From Deltaproteobacteria bacterium (GTDB taxonomy: Bacteria; Myxococcota_A; UBA9160; SMWR01), in contig JAQBGU010000037.1 in NCBI GenBank assembly GCA_032128375.1, positions 1 through 54,574 on the forward strand: a DNA stretch of 54,574 nucleotides, read 5' to 3'. A program made the translations under genes and the position numbers. Positions 18,094 to 27,074 of this stretch are shown piece by piece. Position 1 is the stretch's first letter; the number at the start of each line of letters is the position of its first letter. The notes under the pieces were generated by a model that saw only the letters and a list, made by a program, of their open reading frames with translations, was not told the DNA's origin and made no database searches.

Positions 18094-19139
18094 CGGAGCG
18101 GTTGGCGTCGGCGCCGTAGCGCCAGTCCTACCACGCCCCCGGCAAGCAGGAGTGCGGTGCCCGGTTCGGGAATTGCCGAAAGCACCCAGATCCGGTTCTC
18201 CTCACCCAGCGCTGCGAAACCGTCGATCGCGTAAATGGTTCCGTCAGCGGCCGCGAACAGTCCCGCCGCGAAACCGAAGCCACTGGCCACGAGAGAGCTG
18301 GTTCCGGTGATCGGGTCGACGCGCAGGATCGAGCCACCGCTGCTGATCAGCAGCGAACCATCGGGCGCGTATTCGGCGTCGAACAGGCCGCCGGCGTAAC
18401 TCCCGATGAAGCTGGCAACATCGGTCGGAGACCCGACCGGCACCGAACTGAGATCGCCGCCGCCAGCCAAGAGCGCGTTTCCGATGAACAGCGATGTGCC
18501 ATCGGTCGCGAGGCCCGCTGAGAACTCGAGCCCGGTCTGAATCGTCGTCACGACCTGGGTCGAGAGGACGACCTGCAGTACGACACCCAGTGGCGGAAAG
18601 AACCCCGATGCGTCGCTGACGAACACCGTGTCACCGGTGGGGTCGCTCGGGTCGAGGACGATATCCGCGTAGCCGGGCACCGACCCGGCGGCCAACAGCT
18701 CGAGTCCCAGCGCGGCGGCCGGGCTGCCCGGGCTCCCGAACGGATTGGGGACCTCGTAGAGCGTGTCGCCGGTACTGGCGCCCAGAAAGTTGTCGCCGAC
18801 GAGTAGTCGGTCGTTGACGGCGTCGTATGCGAATCCGCCGAGAGCGCTGAACCCGTCGGCCAATACAGTCTCACCACCGCCATCGATTCGGACGATCGAC
18901 TGCGCGCCGAAACTGCCGACCGCCGCAAACACGGCCCCGCCAACCTCGAGTACATCTCCAGCCGCGGGACCCGAGGTTGGGATGAAACTGACGTTGTAGC
19001 TACCCGAAGTGGGTGTCGCCGATGCGATCGATGCGATCGATGCGATCAACAGGGACAACAAGGACAAAAACGACCGCAAGGCTGTGACGGCGACCCGCGA
19101 TCCAATGGTTGATTCTTCTCCCTTTTTGTTACGCAGCAT
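18042..19139 (-). CDS. PEP-CTERM exosortase substrate, beta-propeller-like, B12-riboswitch controlled
   Basis: IPEPGTALLLAGGVVGLALRRRR tail; signal peptide ending ASA-T; repeated blade-like motifs (VLADGFSALGGFAYD, IQTGLEFSAGLATDG, LVASGFGFAAGL); start uncertain. Confidence 0.82.
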   Translation of the reverse strand: MLRNKKGEESTIGSRVAVTALRSFLSLLSLLIASIASIASATPTSGSYNVSFIPTSGPAAGDVLEVGGAVFAAVGSFGAQSIVRIDGGGETVLADGFSALGGFAYDAVNDRLLVGDNFLGASTGDTLYEVPNPFGSPGSPAAALGLELLAAGSVPGYADIVLDPSDPTGDTVFVSDASGFFPPLGVVLQVVLSTQVVTTIQTGLEFSAGLATDGTSLFIGNALLAGGGDLSSVPVGSPTDVASFIGSYAGGLFDAEYAPDGSLLISSGGSILRVDPITGTSSLVASGFGFAAGLFAAADGTIYAIDGFAALGEENRIWVLSAIPEPGTALLLAGGVVGLALRRRRQPLRQSDSRSVNRTGTVTRP

Positions 19140-19256
19140 GCGATTCCTTCCATGCACCCGTACGCGGGGTGCGTGACCTGCCATTTTGGAGCTCTCGCAT
19201 TCGGGAGAATCTGCGCTCGAAGGCGCCACTTTGATCGGGGCCAGCGGCCCGTCCCG

Positions 19257-19530
19257 GTTCCCTTTCGCGAGGAACTCCGCCCATTGGCCCAAGTTGGGCC
19301 CGGCGTTGGGCAGGTCTTCCGGCTGGGGCCTTCACTCCGATCGCCTTCCCGCCCGGCTGGGAGCCGAGCAGTGGCCGATGACCGAGAGTGTCGCGAACCG
19401 AAGATTCGATCCGCGGACCCATTACGGCGGCGCGTCCGCGGTGGAATTCCCGACGGTGCAACCGACGGGGTACCACACTTCCCTTTTGGTCCTCTCCCGC
19501 CGGCAAGCCGGAATGGAGCGGACACCCAAA
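19257..19530 (-). ncRNA. Second cobalamin riboswitch including P13 kissing hairpin
   Basis: Minus strand: GGGTGTCC...GGACCAAAAGGGAA-GTGTGG...AATTCCAC-CGCGGACGCGCCGCCGTAA...GCCACTG...GGGAAGG...CAGCCGGAAGACCTGCCC; P1 TTGGG/CCCAA; P13 GTTCC-TCGCGAAAG-GGAAC. Confidence 0.9.
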
Positions 19531-19539
19531 ACCGAATCG

Positions 19540-19569
19540 ATACTAACGCGCTGGCGCGCTGACTGGCAA
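19540..19569 (-). promoter_or_regulatory. Putative sigma70 promoter for the second riboswitch
   Basis: Minus strand TTGCCA (19569-19564), 18-nt spacer, TAGTAT (19545-19540), about 10 nt before P1. Confidence 0.55.
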
Positions 19570-19810
19570 GGCCGACGCGTTGATGGCTCGGCGCGGATTC
19601 GTCGGTGAAGCGCCGGTTCTCGTCGGCGTTGCTGAACACGCGAAGGCCGAGCCGGTCTGCAGGCAGCGCACAGGCCCACGGCACGCCAGCCTCCAGCGAC
19701 GCAATGCGCAAGTTCCCGTCGTTGGTAGCCGGAACCCGGATCGACCCGGAGTCAGACCTTGCGGCCGGGCCGCAGCCAGGCGTCCGACCCAAGATGGATC
19801 GGGCGGCGAC

Positions 19811-19847
19811 GTGGAAGCTTTCGCCGCGCAGCGGCGAAAGCGCAACT
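19811..19847. repeat. REP-like palindrome, copy 1 (possible terminator for the GH3 gene)
   Basis: Stem GCTTTCGCCGC/GCGGCGAAAGC; flanks shared with the copy at 24153. Confidence 0.55.
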
Positions 19848-19848
19848 A

Positions 19849-22377
19849 TTAATATGGATAGGCGAGCCGTTGGAACAGAAGTCGATTGCGGATATCGCGA
19901 GACGAGGAGCCCGCCAGTATTTCGAATGCCCCCGGCTGCGCGTTCCAGTCATGTCGCTGCACGTCCCACCATGCGAAAGCGCGTTCGGGGACCGTCAACG
20001 CAACGCGGCGGGTTTCGCCCGCTTCGAGGAAGATTTTCGCAAAGGCCGCGAGTTCGCGGTCGGGCCGTGGCACGCGTGGATGGATTTCGCGCAAATACAG
20101 CTGAACGACTTCGGCACCGGCGCGCTGGCCTGTGTTGGTCACGTCGATTTCGATGCCGAAATCCGCCCCGATTCGCGGAATCGAAGTCGCAAGTAATTCG
20201 CCGTAGGCAAACGTCGTGTACGAAAGGCCGTGCCCGAACGGCAGTCGCGGCTCGATCTGGCGGGTTTCCCTCCCTCGAAAAGAGCCTGAAGCGGAGCCAG
20301 CAGCGTAGCCCCGGTAGCCGACGAACACGCCTTCACCGTAGCGAAGCTCATTGTCTCGGCCCGGGTAGTAGGCATGAGCGGGCGTATCCTCGAGTGCTCT
20401 CGGAATCGTGATCGGGAGCTTGCCAGAGGGATTCGCGTCGCCGAACAGCACGTCGCAAAGCGCGTCGCCGAACTCTTGGCCGGCGAACCAGACCTGGAGC
20501 GCGGCGGGTACCGAATCCAGCCACTCTGTATTGACGGGGCTACCCGCGTTGACGACAACGATGGTGTTGGGATTTGCGCGGGCGACTTTCTCGATGAGTT
20601 CGGATTGCGCTCCGGGCAGCGCCATGCTTTCGCGGTCGTTGCCCTCGGTCTCCCAATCGTCGTTGGTCCCGACGACCAACACGACCGTATCGGCCGTCTC
20701 CGCGGCGCGAACCGCATCGGCGAGCGGGTCGGCGGACATCGGGGGAAGCACGCCGAATTGAATCCCGGCCATCTGGGGATCCGCCGGTCGTTGAAAGTCG
20801 AACTGGATCGGGTAATCGTCGCCGGCCTCGAGGTCGACATCGGCGCGCTGCTCCGTAGAACCGTTTGCATAGAACGACTCGCCAGGCGTCTGCGAACTCC
20901 AGTTGTCGATCAGCGGCTTTCCGTCGAAGTGCATCCGGCTCTTGCCGGCACTCATCAGCCCGAACGTGTGCCGACCGGACGTTTCGGCTGTGAAGCTGCC
21001 GGATACTCGCACTGAGAACTGGCGGGTCGTCAGAAAGTCGGCACCGAAGCCGTCGAACCAGGTCATCTTCGAGCGTGTTGAAACGCGTCTGCGCACCGGC
21101 GTGCCGGCGAAATCCGGGTTGTCGAAATACTCGATCGCGAGGCCGGGGCGATCGATCGGGTCGGGTGCTTGGTTTGGAACGAGTTGGCGAGAGTCGAATG
21201 CCGGCAGGTACTTGTGGATCAGACAACCGACTTCGAACACAACCTCGGCACGGCCTGCCAGCCGTGTTTCGATTGCGGCCAGCGGGTGAACCTGGTGTTG
21301 CGGTAGCGCCGCCGAACTGCCGCCACCCTGGAGCCGACCGATTTTCGCATTGGGACCGATCACCGCGACTCTGCGAAGCGAGTTGATATCGAGTGGCAGC
21401 AGCGCTGTGGCCGAATCGGCTGCCGCATCGTTTTTGAGCAGCACGCATCCTTCGATGGCGGCGCGACGCGCGAGGGCCCGATTCTCGGGCTTGTCGTCGG
21501 TGCGCTCGACTGGCTCGCCGGGTGCATCGAAGCGCCCGGTGCGGACCAGCAGTCGCAGCAGCCGGCTGACCTTGTCATCCAGTTCGGTTTCGCTGACGCG
21601 TTTGCTGCGGACGGCCTCGAGCAGTTTGTCGCCCATGCTTCGCGCGGGGCCGGGCATTTCGAGATCCAGGCCCCCGTTCGCATTCTCCACGGTGTGCAGC
21701 GATGCGCCCCAGTCGCTGATCACCACGCCGTCGAAGCCCCACTGCTGTTTCAAAATGTCGATGAGCAGTTTTCGGTGACTGCTCGCGAACACACCGTTGA
21801 TTCGGTTGTAGGCCGACATCACCGACCACGCACCGCTCTGCTTCACGGCGATTTCGAACGGGCGCAAATAGACCTCGCGCAGCGTTCGCTCGTCAACTTC
21901 GGAGCTCACGACGTGGCGTTTGTATTCCGTGTCATTGCAGACGAAATGCTTCAGGCAGGCTGCGACCTGCTTCGATTGAACGCCCGCCGTGAACGCGGCC
22001 GCGAGCAGTCCGGTGAGCAGCGGATCTTCCGAATAGCACTCGAAGCCGCGCCCGCCGATGGGGGTTCGCTGGAGATTGATGGTCGGACCCAGAAGTACCT
22101 GGGCGCCCTTCGAGCGCGCTTCGTCTCCGAGGGCCGCGCCGACCGCCTCGAGCAACTCGACGTTCCAACTCGCGCCGAGCGCAACCCCAACCGGAAAGCA
22201 GCAGGCGCGCTCTCCGCTGCTGGCATCCCCGCGGGCAGCGTTTGGCCCGTCGGTCATCTTGAACGCGGGGATTCCCAGCCTTTCGATACCTGTCGAATGC
22301 CAGGGCCCGGACCCTGCCACCATCGCCACTTTCTCTTCCAGGGTCAGCTTCTCGAGCATCGCCGCGACGCGGTGCAT
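19849..22377 (-). CDS. GH3 beta-glucosidase with PA14 insertion and FnIII-like C-terminal domain
   Basis: MTDGP, GRGFECYSEDP, LKHFVCND, MSAYN, ISDW nucleophile motif, ETEGNDR, PFGHGLSYTTF. Confidence 0.95.
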   Translation of the reverse strand: MHRVAAMLEKLTLEEKVAMVAGSGPWHSTGIERLGIPAFKMTDGPNAARGDASSGERACCFPVGVALGASWNVELLEAVGAALGDEARSKGAQVLLGPTINLQRTPIGGRGFECYSEDPLLTGLLAAAFTAGVQSKQVAACLKHFVCNDTEYKRHVVSSEVDERTLREVYLRPFEIAVKQSGAWSVMSAYNRINGVFASSHRKLLIDILKQQWGFDGVVISDWGASLHTVENANGGLDLEMPGPARSMGDKLLEAVRSKRVSETELDDKVSRLLRLLVRTGRFDAPGEPVERTDDKPENRALARRAAIEGCVLLKNDAAADSATALLPLDINSLRRVAVIGPNAKIGRLQGGGSSAALPQHQVHPLAAIETRLAGRAEVVFEVGCLIHKYLPAFDSRQLVPNQAPDPIDRPGLAIEYFDNPDFAGTPVRRRVSTRSKMTWFDGFGADFLTTRQFSVRVSGSFTAETSGRHTFGLMSAGKSRMHFDGKPLIDNWSSQTPGESFYANGSTEQRADVDLEAGDDYPIQFDFQRPADPQMAGIQFGVLPPMSADPLADAVRAAETADTVVLVVGTNDDWETEGNDRESMALPGAQSELIEKVARANPNTIVVVNAGSPVNTEWLDSVPAALQVWFAGQEFGDALCDVLFGDANPSGKLPITIPRALEDTPAHAYYPGRDNELRYGEGVFVGYRGYAAGSASGSFRGRETRQIEPRLPFGHGLSYTTFAYGELLATSIPRIGADFGIEIDVTNTGQRAGAEVVQLYLREIHPRVPRPDRELAAFAKIFLEAGETRRVALTVPERAFAWWDVQRHDWNAQPGAFEILAGSSSRDIRNRLLFQRLAYPY

Positions 22378-22555
22378 CGGCAGTTCCTCGCATGCGTTCC
22401 GAAACTCGATGATGGGTTCCGGATTCGAATCAGGGTACTGCTTCGGGACCGCGATTCCGATGGCTTACGTAGAGATCAGGTAGAGATCAGGCAGGTATCG
22501 ACTAGGCGCTCGAAAGCTGTCGACCCGCCGGTTGCTACGCTACGACGAGGCTTCG

Positions 22556-23296
22556 ATGTTTCCCATTCGCGATGAAAATCCGCACTTTCTCACGCCGATC
22601 GTCAGCTATGGAATCATCGCTGCCAATATCGCAGCCTGGTACTTCTGGCAGGGTCTCGGAACGCATCCGGCGATGATCGACTCGCTGTGCGAGATGGGAA
22701 TGATACCGGGAGAATTCCTGCATCGACTGCCAGCCGGGCTGGAGGTGCCGCTCGGTCCGGGTTCGTTTTGTATTATCGGTGCCTCGCAAACGTGGTTCAT
22801 GCCGCTGACTTCGATCTTTCTCCACGGCGGCTGGCTGCACTTGCTCGGCAACATGTGGTTCATGTGGATCTTCGCAAACAATGTCGAGGATTCGATGGGT
22901 CATTTCCGCTTCGCAGTTTTCTATCTGGTGTGCGGCCTCGCTGCGACCGCTGTACAGGTCGCTTCAGATCCGAATTCCGGCGTGCCTGTGGTCGGTGCTT
23001 CGGGCGCGATCGGCGGCGTGATGGGTGCCTACATCATGCTGTATCCGCGCGTCCGGGTACACATGGTGCTGTTTTTTGGCTTTTTCTTCTTTCGAATCGT
23101 GGTCCCAGCGTTCTTCATGTTGGGTTATTGGTTCCTGATCCAGGTCCTGGGTGGGTACTCGAGCATCGGCGTTCAGGTGGGAACCGCATTCTGGGCACAC
23201 ATCGGTGGATTCGCTGCCGGTGCCGTACTGGTTCTGTTCTTTCGCGATCCCGAACTCGTGCGACGCCATCCCAACTACGGGTGGTGGCGATCTTGA
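22556..23296 (+). CDS. Rhomboid family intramembrane serine protease
   Basis: MFPIRDENP, FLHGGWLHLLGNM, GASGAI, WAHIGGF. Confidence 0.93.
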   Translation: MFPIRDENPHFLTPIVSYGIIAANIAAWYFWQGLGTHPAMIDSLCEMGMIPGEFLHRLPAGLEVPLGPGSFCIIGASQTWFMPLTSIFLHGGWLHLLGNMWFMWIFANNVEDSMGHFRFAVFYLVCGLAATAVQVASDPNSGVPVVGASGAIGGVMGAYIMLYPRVRVHMVLFFGFFFFRIVVPAFFMLGYWFLIQVLGGYSSIGVQVGTAFWAHIGGFAAGAVLVLFFRDPELVRRHPNYGWWRS

Positions 23297-23396
23297 TCCG
23301 CGGCCGCAGACGTCTGTAGTTGGCTCTAGGGATCGAACCTCCGGAATGATTCTCGATCATCCTCGAGCTGGCTCGAATCGCATGTAGAATTGATGC

Positions 23397-24104
23397 ATGC
23401 AGATGAATGGGAGCCGGCTGATGGATGGGATTTCTTGTTCGATGACATCGATGACATCGATGCTGTTGCGGACGCTGTTGACGCTGTTGACGCTGTTGAT
23501 CGGGTTGATTCTGTTCATCGCGCCCATGGCCGGCGCACAGGCGGTCGAACCGCAATTGTCAGGGCCGGAACTAGTCGCTGCGCTGAAGAACGGTGGCCTC
23601 GTGATCTTGATGCGACACATGTCGACTGACAGCGTCGCTCCAGAAGAGGGCACCCATGAAGACACGGATTGCGCGACGCAGCGCAACCTCGATGCGCACG
23701 GCCGGCAGCAGGCGACCTCTGTCGGCGAGGCGATCAAATCGCTCGGAATCCCGATCGACACAGTCATGACCAGCCCGTACTGCCGGTGTGTCGACACCGG
23801 CATGCTGGTGTTCGGTAAGGCGACCCAGACGGACGACCTCGGAGTGTTCGCCGGGTTGACGGGGTCGGCTAAGGAAGACCGCGCCAAATTGGTTCGGGGC
23901 CTGCTCAACAAGCCGCCCGAAACGAATACGAACGACGTGCTCATTACGCACACGGGTGCGCTGCTGTACACGTTCGGCCTGCAGACCCGGCCAGAGGGTA
24001 TCGCTCATGTGTTCCGACCCGCAGAATATGGCGCGCCCGTGTATGTGGGCCGCGTTTCGCCGGAACAATGGCTCGAACTGGCGGGTGCGGTGCCGGACGT
24101 CTGA
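23397..24104 (+). CDS. Secreted histidine phosphatase superfamily protein
   Basis: LMRH, CATQRNL, TSPYCRCVDT, LITH; signal peptide; start uncertain. Confidence 0.85.
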   Translation: MQMNGSRLMDGISCSMTSMTSMLLRTLLTLLTLLIGLILFIAPMAGAQAVEPQLSGPELVAALKNGGLVILMRHMSTDSVAPEEGTHEDTDCATQRNLDAHGRQQATSVGEAIKSLGIPIDTVMTSPYCRCVDTGMLVFGKATQTDDLGVFAGLTGSAKEDRAKLVRGLLNKPPETNTNDVLITHTGALLYTFGLQTRPEGIAHVFRPAEYGAPVYVGRVSPEQWLELAGAVPDV

Positions 24105-24152
24105 ACGCAATCCCGAAAATAGCGTTCGGACTGGAGACTGGAAGAGAACGGC

Positions 24153-24185
24153 GTGAAGCTTTCGCGAAGAGGCGAAAGCGCGACT
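24153..24185. repeat. REP-like palindrome, copy 2
   Basis: GTGAAGCTTTCGC-GAAGAG-GCGAAAGCGCGACT between convergent genes. Confidence 0.55.
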
Positions 24186-24207
24186 CGCGACGCGCGACGC
24201 GCGAGAG

Positions 24208-26205
24208 TCAATCCTCGTGGTCAGATGTCGGCAGCGTGTAAGCGATCACGTAGTCACCCAGCTTGCTGCCGATTCCCACATGCCCTCCAGGTGCAATGAC
24301 CAGGTACTGCTTGCCGTCGGAGCGAAGTTTGTAGGTGACTGGACCGGCGTGCAGCCCGGCTGGCAGAGCGAAATGGCTGATGACGCGACCGGTGTCGACA
24401 TCGTGAGCGCGCATTCTCAGATCTTCGTTGCCCGCGTGGAAAACCAATCCGCCGGCGGTGACCAGTGGTGAGCCAAAACTCATCAGCCCTTCGACCATGC
24501 CGTCATCCGATTCGCCGGTCGGAACACTCCAGGCGATTTCGCCCGCGCTGACATCGATGGCGACGAGGCTTCCCCACGGTGGCTTGTTGCACGGGACGCC
24601 GTCTTCGGCGAAGGTCGTGCGTCCGTTGAGCGGCGACAGGAAGTAGCGCAACCCGGTGCCGCGGCCGCGCAGCACGTACCACGCGGCGCGCAGCCCGATT
24701 CGCAGTGGCCGCACGTGGTTCACATCGAAGTTCGAGTCCGGAAGCTTCTTCAACCGGATCACATGTGCGAGGTTCGCTGCCGGGATGAACAGCCGCCCGC
24801 TGCGGGGATCGTAGGCCGATCCGGACCAGTTCGCGCCCCCTGCGGTGAACGGATACAGGATCGAACCTTTTTCGTTCGGAGGTGTAAATAGCCCGTCGTT
24901 GCGCAGGTTTTTCAGCTTTTTGATGCAGGCTTTGTGATGTGCATGGCTGAACATCGCGACGTCGTCTTCGGTCAATCGTTGAGGCACGAACGGCGGCGGA
25001 CGGGTCGGCATGGGCTGAGTCAGCGACGTTCTTTCGCCCGGGACACCAGCCTGTGGTACGGGTCGCTCCTCGACGGGGAACAGCGGCGCACCGGTGTCGC
25101 GGTCCAACACGAACAGGAAGCCCGACTTGGTTGCCTGGGTGACGGCGTCGATGGACTTGCCGTCGCGCTCGACCGTTACCAGCACAGGGGGAGCGGCCAG
25201 ATCGTAGTCCCACAGGTCGTGATGGACCGTCTGGAAGTGCCATTTGCGCCGGCCGGTTTGCACGTCGAGCGCGACGACCGAATCCGAGAACCAGTTGTTG
25301 CCCGGCCTGTCGCCGCCATAGAAGTCGGGTGTCGCGGTGCTGACCGGTAGGAAGACCAGGCCGCGATCGGGGTCGGCGGTGATCGTCGACCATACGTTGG
25401 CGCCGCCGGAATGCACCGCGCTGCCGTCTTCCCAGGTTTCGTATCCCGTTTCACCTTCGTGTGGGATCGTGTGGAAGGTCCAGCGCAATGCACCGCTGCG
25501 CGCGTCGTAGGCGCGCACGTCGCCGGGTGGCGCTGCGCGACGGATCGTATCTGCAATCGACGAGCCGACCACGACCACGTCGCCGACGACCGTGACAGGA
25601 GAGGTCACGTTGTACTCCCAGCGGTCCACGATACCCGTCAGGCCGTCGAACAGATCGACGCTCCCGTCGTGTCCAAAACCCGGGCAGTACTGGCCGGTGG
25701 CCGCATCGAGGGCGATCAGGCGGGCATCCAGGGTCGCGAGGAACACCCGCGGCCTGCAGCTCACAGGCGGGCCGCTATCGCTCGAGCGCCAGTACGCGAC
25801 CCCGCGATTGATGATCATGTTTGCAAACGTCCGGTCGAGGTCGATTTCGGGATCGAACGTCCAGAGTTCGCCGCCGGTTTCGGGATCGAGCGCGATGACG
25901 CGGTTGTACGGCGTCGTGAATATCAGCCGGCCGTCGACGACGAGCGGTGTAGTCTCCATCGCCGTGCCCGTATTGACGCGAAGCGGGAACCTTCCCTCGT
26001 GGAAGTCGCCGTGGCGGTAGGTCCACGCGACTTCGAGCGACGCGACATTTCCGCGGTGGATGTCGTCCAGTGGTGAGTAGCGACCGCCGCCGGCTGCGCC
26101 TTCGGTATGTGTCCAGCCCGCCGTCTTCGGAGCGGCCGTTGCCGGGGCTACCGAGACGGTCATCATTGCGACGAGGGCAATGGCCGCGCCGAGAATCGCA
26201 CGCAT
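24208..26205 (-). CDS. PQQ-dependent dehydrogenase (quinoprotein glucose/quinate dehydrogenase family, soluble form)
   Basis: RYSPL..I...NV..LEVAW, WHFQTVHHDLWDYD, GGANW, PCNKPPWG, GKQYLVIAPGGH; signal peptide. Confidence 0.93.
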   Translation of the reverse strand: MRAILGAAIALVAMMTVSVAPATAAPKTAGWTHTEGAAGGGRYSPLDDIHRGNVASLEVAWTYRHGDFHEGRFPLRVNTGTAMETTPLVVDGRLIFTTPYNRVIALDPETGGELWTFDPEIDLDRTFANMIINRGVAYWRSSDSGPPVSCRPRVFLATLDARLIALDAATGQYCPGFGHDGSVDLFDGLTGIVDRWEYNVTSPVTVVGDVVVVGSSIADTIRRAAPPGDVRAYDARSGALRWTFHTIPHEGETGYETWEDGSAVHSGGANVWSTITADPDRGLVFLPVSTATPDFYGGDRPGNNWFSDSVVALDVQTGRRKWHFQTVHHDLWDYDLAAPPVLVTVERDGKSIDAVTQATKSGFLFVLDRDTGAPLFPVEERPVPQAGVPGERTSLTQPMPTRPPPFVPQRLTEDDVAMFSHAHHKACIKKLKNLRNDGLFTPPNEKGSILYPFTAGGANWSGSAYDPRSGRLFIPAANLAHVIRLKKLPDSNFDVNHVRPLRIGLRAAWYVLRGRGTGLRYFLSPLNGRTTFAEDGVPCNKPPWGSLVAIDVSAGEIAWSVPTGESDDGMVEGLMSFGSPLVTAGGLVFHAGNEDLRMRAHDVDTGRVISHFALPAGLHAGPVTYKLRSDGKQYLVIAPGGHVGIGSKLGDYVIAYTLPTSDHED

Positions 26206-26207
26206 CG

Positions 26208-27005
26208 TCAGTCGCTCGTCCGCCCATCCGGAACGAGCGCGCCGACGAAGCGCTTCTGCAGCCTGCGCATTCCACTGAGCCAGCGGTCGTAGTCGCCCGC
26301 CTTGCGCTGCAGATAAGTCAGTACTTCGGGATGCGGCAGGATCAGGAACTTCTCTTCGGCTAGTCCCTGGATGACCGATTCGGCGACCTGCTCGGGTTCG
26401 ATCATTCCGTCGACCCCGGCCACGCCGCCCTGCTTGCTACCCGCCGTCATCGCAGTGCGCACGGCTTGAGGACATAGCACCGACACTTTCAGGCCCTGGT
26501 CGCCGTGTGTGATCGCCAGCCACTCCGCAAATGCCACGGCAGCGTGCTTGGTGACCGCATACGGTGCTGAGCCCAGCTGGGTCAACAAACCCGCGGCAGA
26601 AGCGGTGTTCAATAGGTAGCCGCGGCCCCGCTCGAGCATCGCGGGCAAGACGGCGCGCGCTGCGTGGACGTGCGCCATCACATTGACATCCCAGATTTTC
26701 TGCCAGTTGTCGTCGGATACTTCGGCGCCGCCAGCCATTCCGATACCGGCGTTCGAGCAGAACAGATCGATCGGACCGTACTTCTCGATCGCCGCGGCGA
26801 CGAGCTGCCGGACACTACCTTGTGATGAGACGTCGCATCCGACCCCGAGTCCGCCAACTTCCGCCGCGACGGCCCGCGCGCCGATTCCGTTGAGATCCGA
26901 GACGACGATCCCGCGTGCACCCTCTGCGGCGAATCGAATGGCCAATGCGCGGCCGATGCCGCCAGCGCCCCCGGTGATGACGACGTGTTGGTTGCGTACA
27001 TTCAT
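26208..27005 (-). CDS. SDR family oxidoreductase
   Basis: [32 protein letters not shown]. Confidence 0.93.
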   Translation of the reverse strand: MNVRNQHVVITGGAGGIGRALAIRFAAEGARGIVVSDLNGIGARAVAAEVGGLGVGCDVSSQGSVRQLVAAAIEKYGPIDLFCSNAGIGMAGGAEVSDDNWQKIWDVNVMAHVHAARAVLPAMLERGRGYLLNTASAAGLLTQLGSAPYAVTKHAAVAFAEWLAITHGDQGLKVSVLCPQAVRTAMTAGSKQGGVAGVDGMIEPEQVAESVIQGLAEEKFLILPHPEVLTYLQRKAGDYDRWLSGMRRLQKRFVGALVPDGRTSD

Positions 27006-27074
27006 GGTCGGATCATACGGAACCCGCGCGCTTCACACCGGTTTCGATCGATTGGGTTGTCACCCGGTACGCGT

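Noticed and set aside
19570..19810. Third riboswitch or small ORF upstream of riboswitch 2
   Set aside because: No B12-box or other recognisable motif; the ORFs look non-coding.
22556..23296. Rhomboid as the sorting enzyme for the nearby CTERM proteins
   Set aside because: PEP-CTERM and IPTL-CTERM are exosortase substrates, whereas rhombosortase acts on GlyGly-CTERM. This looks like an ordinary rhomboid of the MFPIRD-type.
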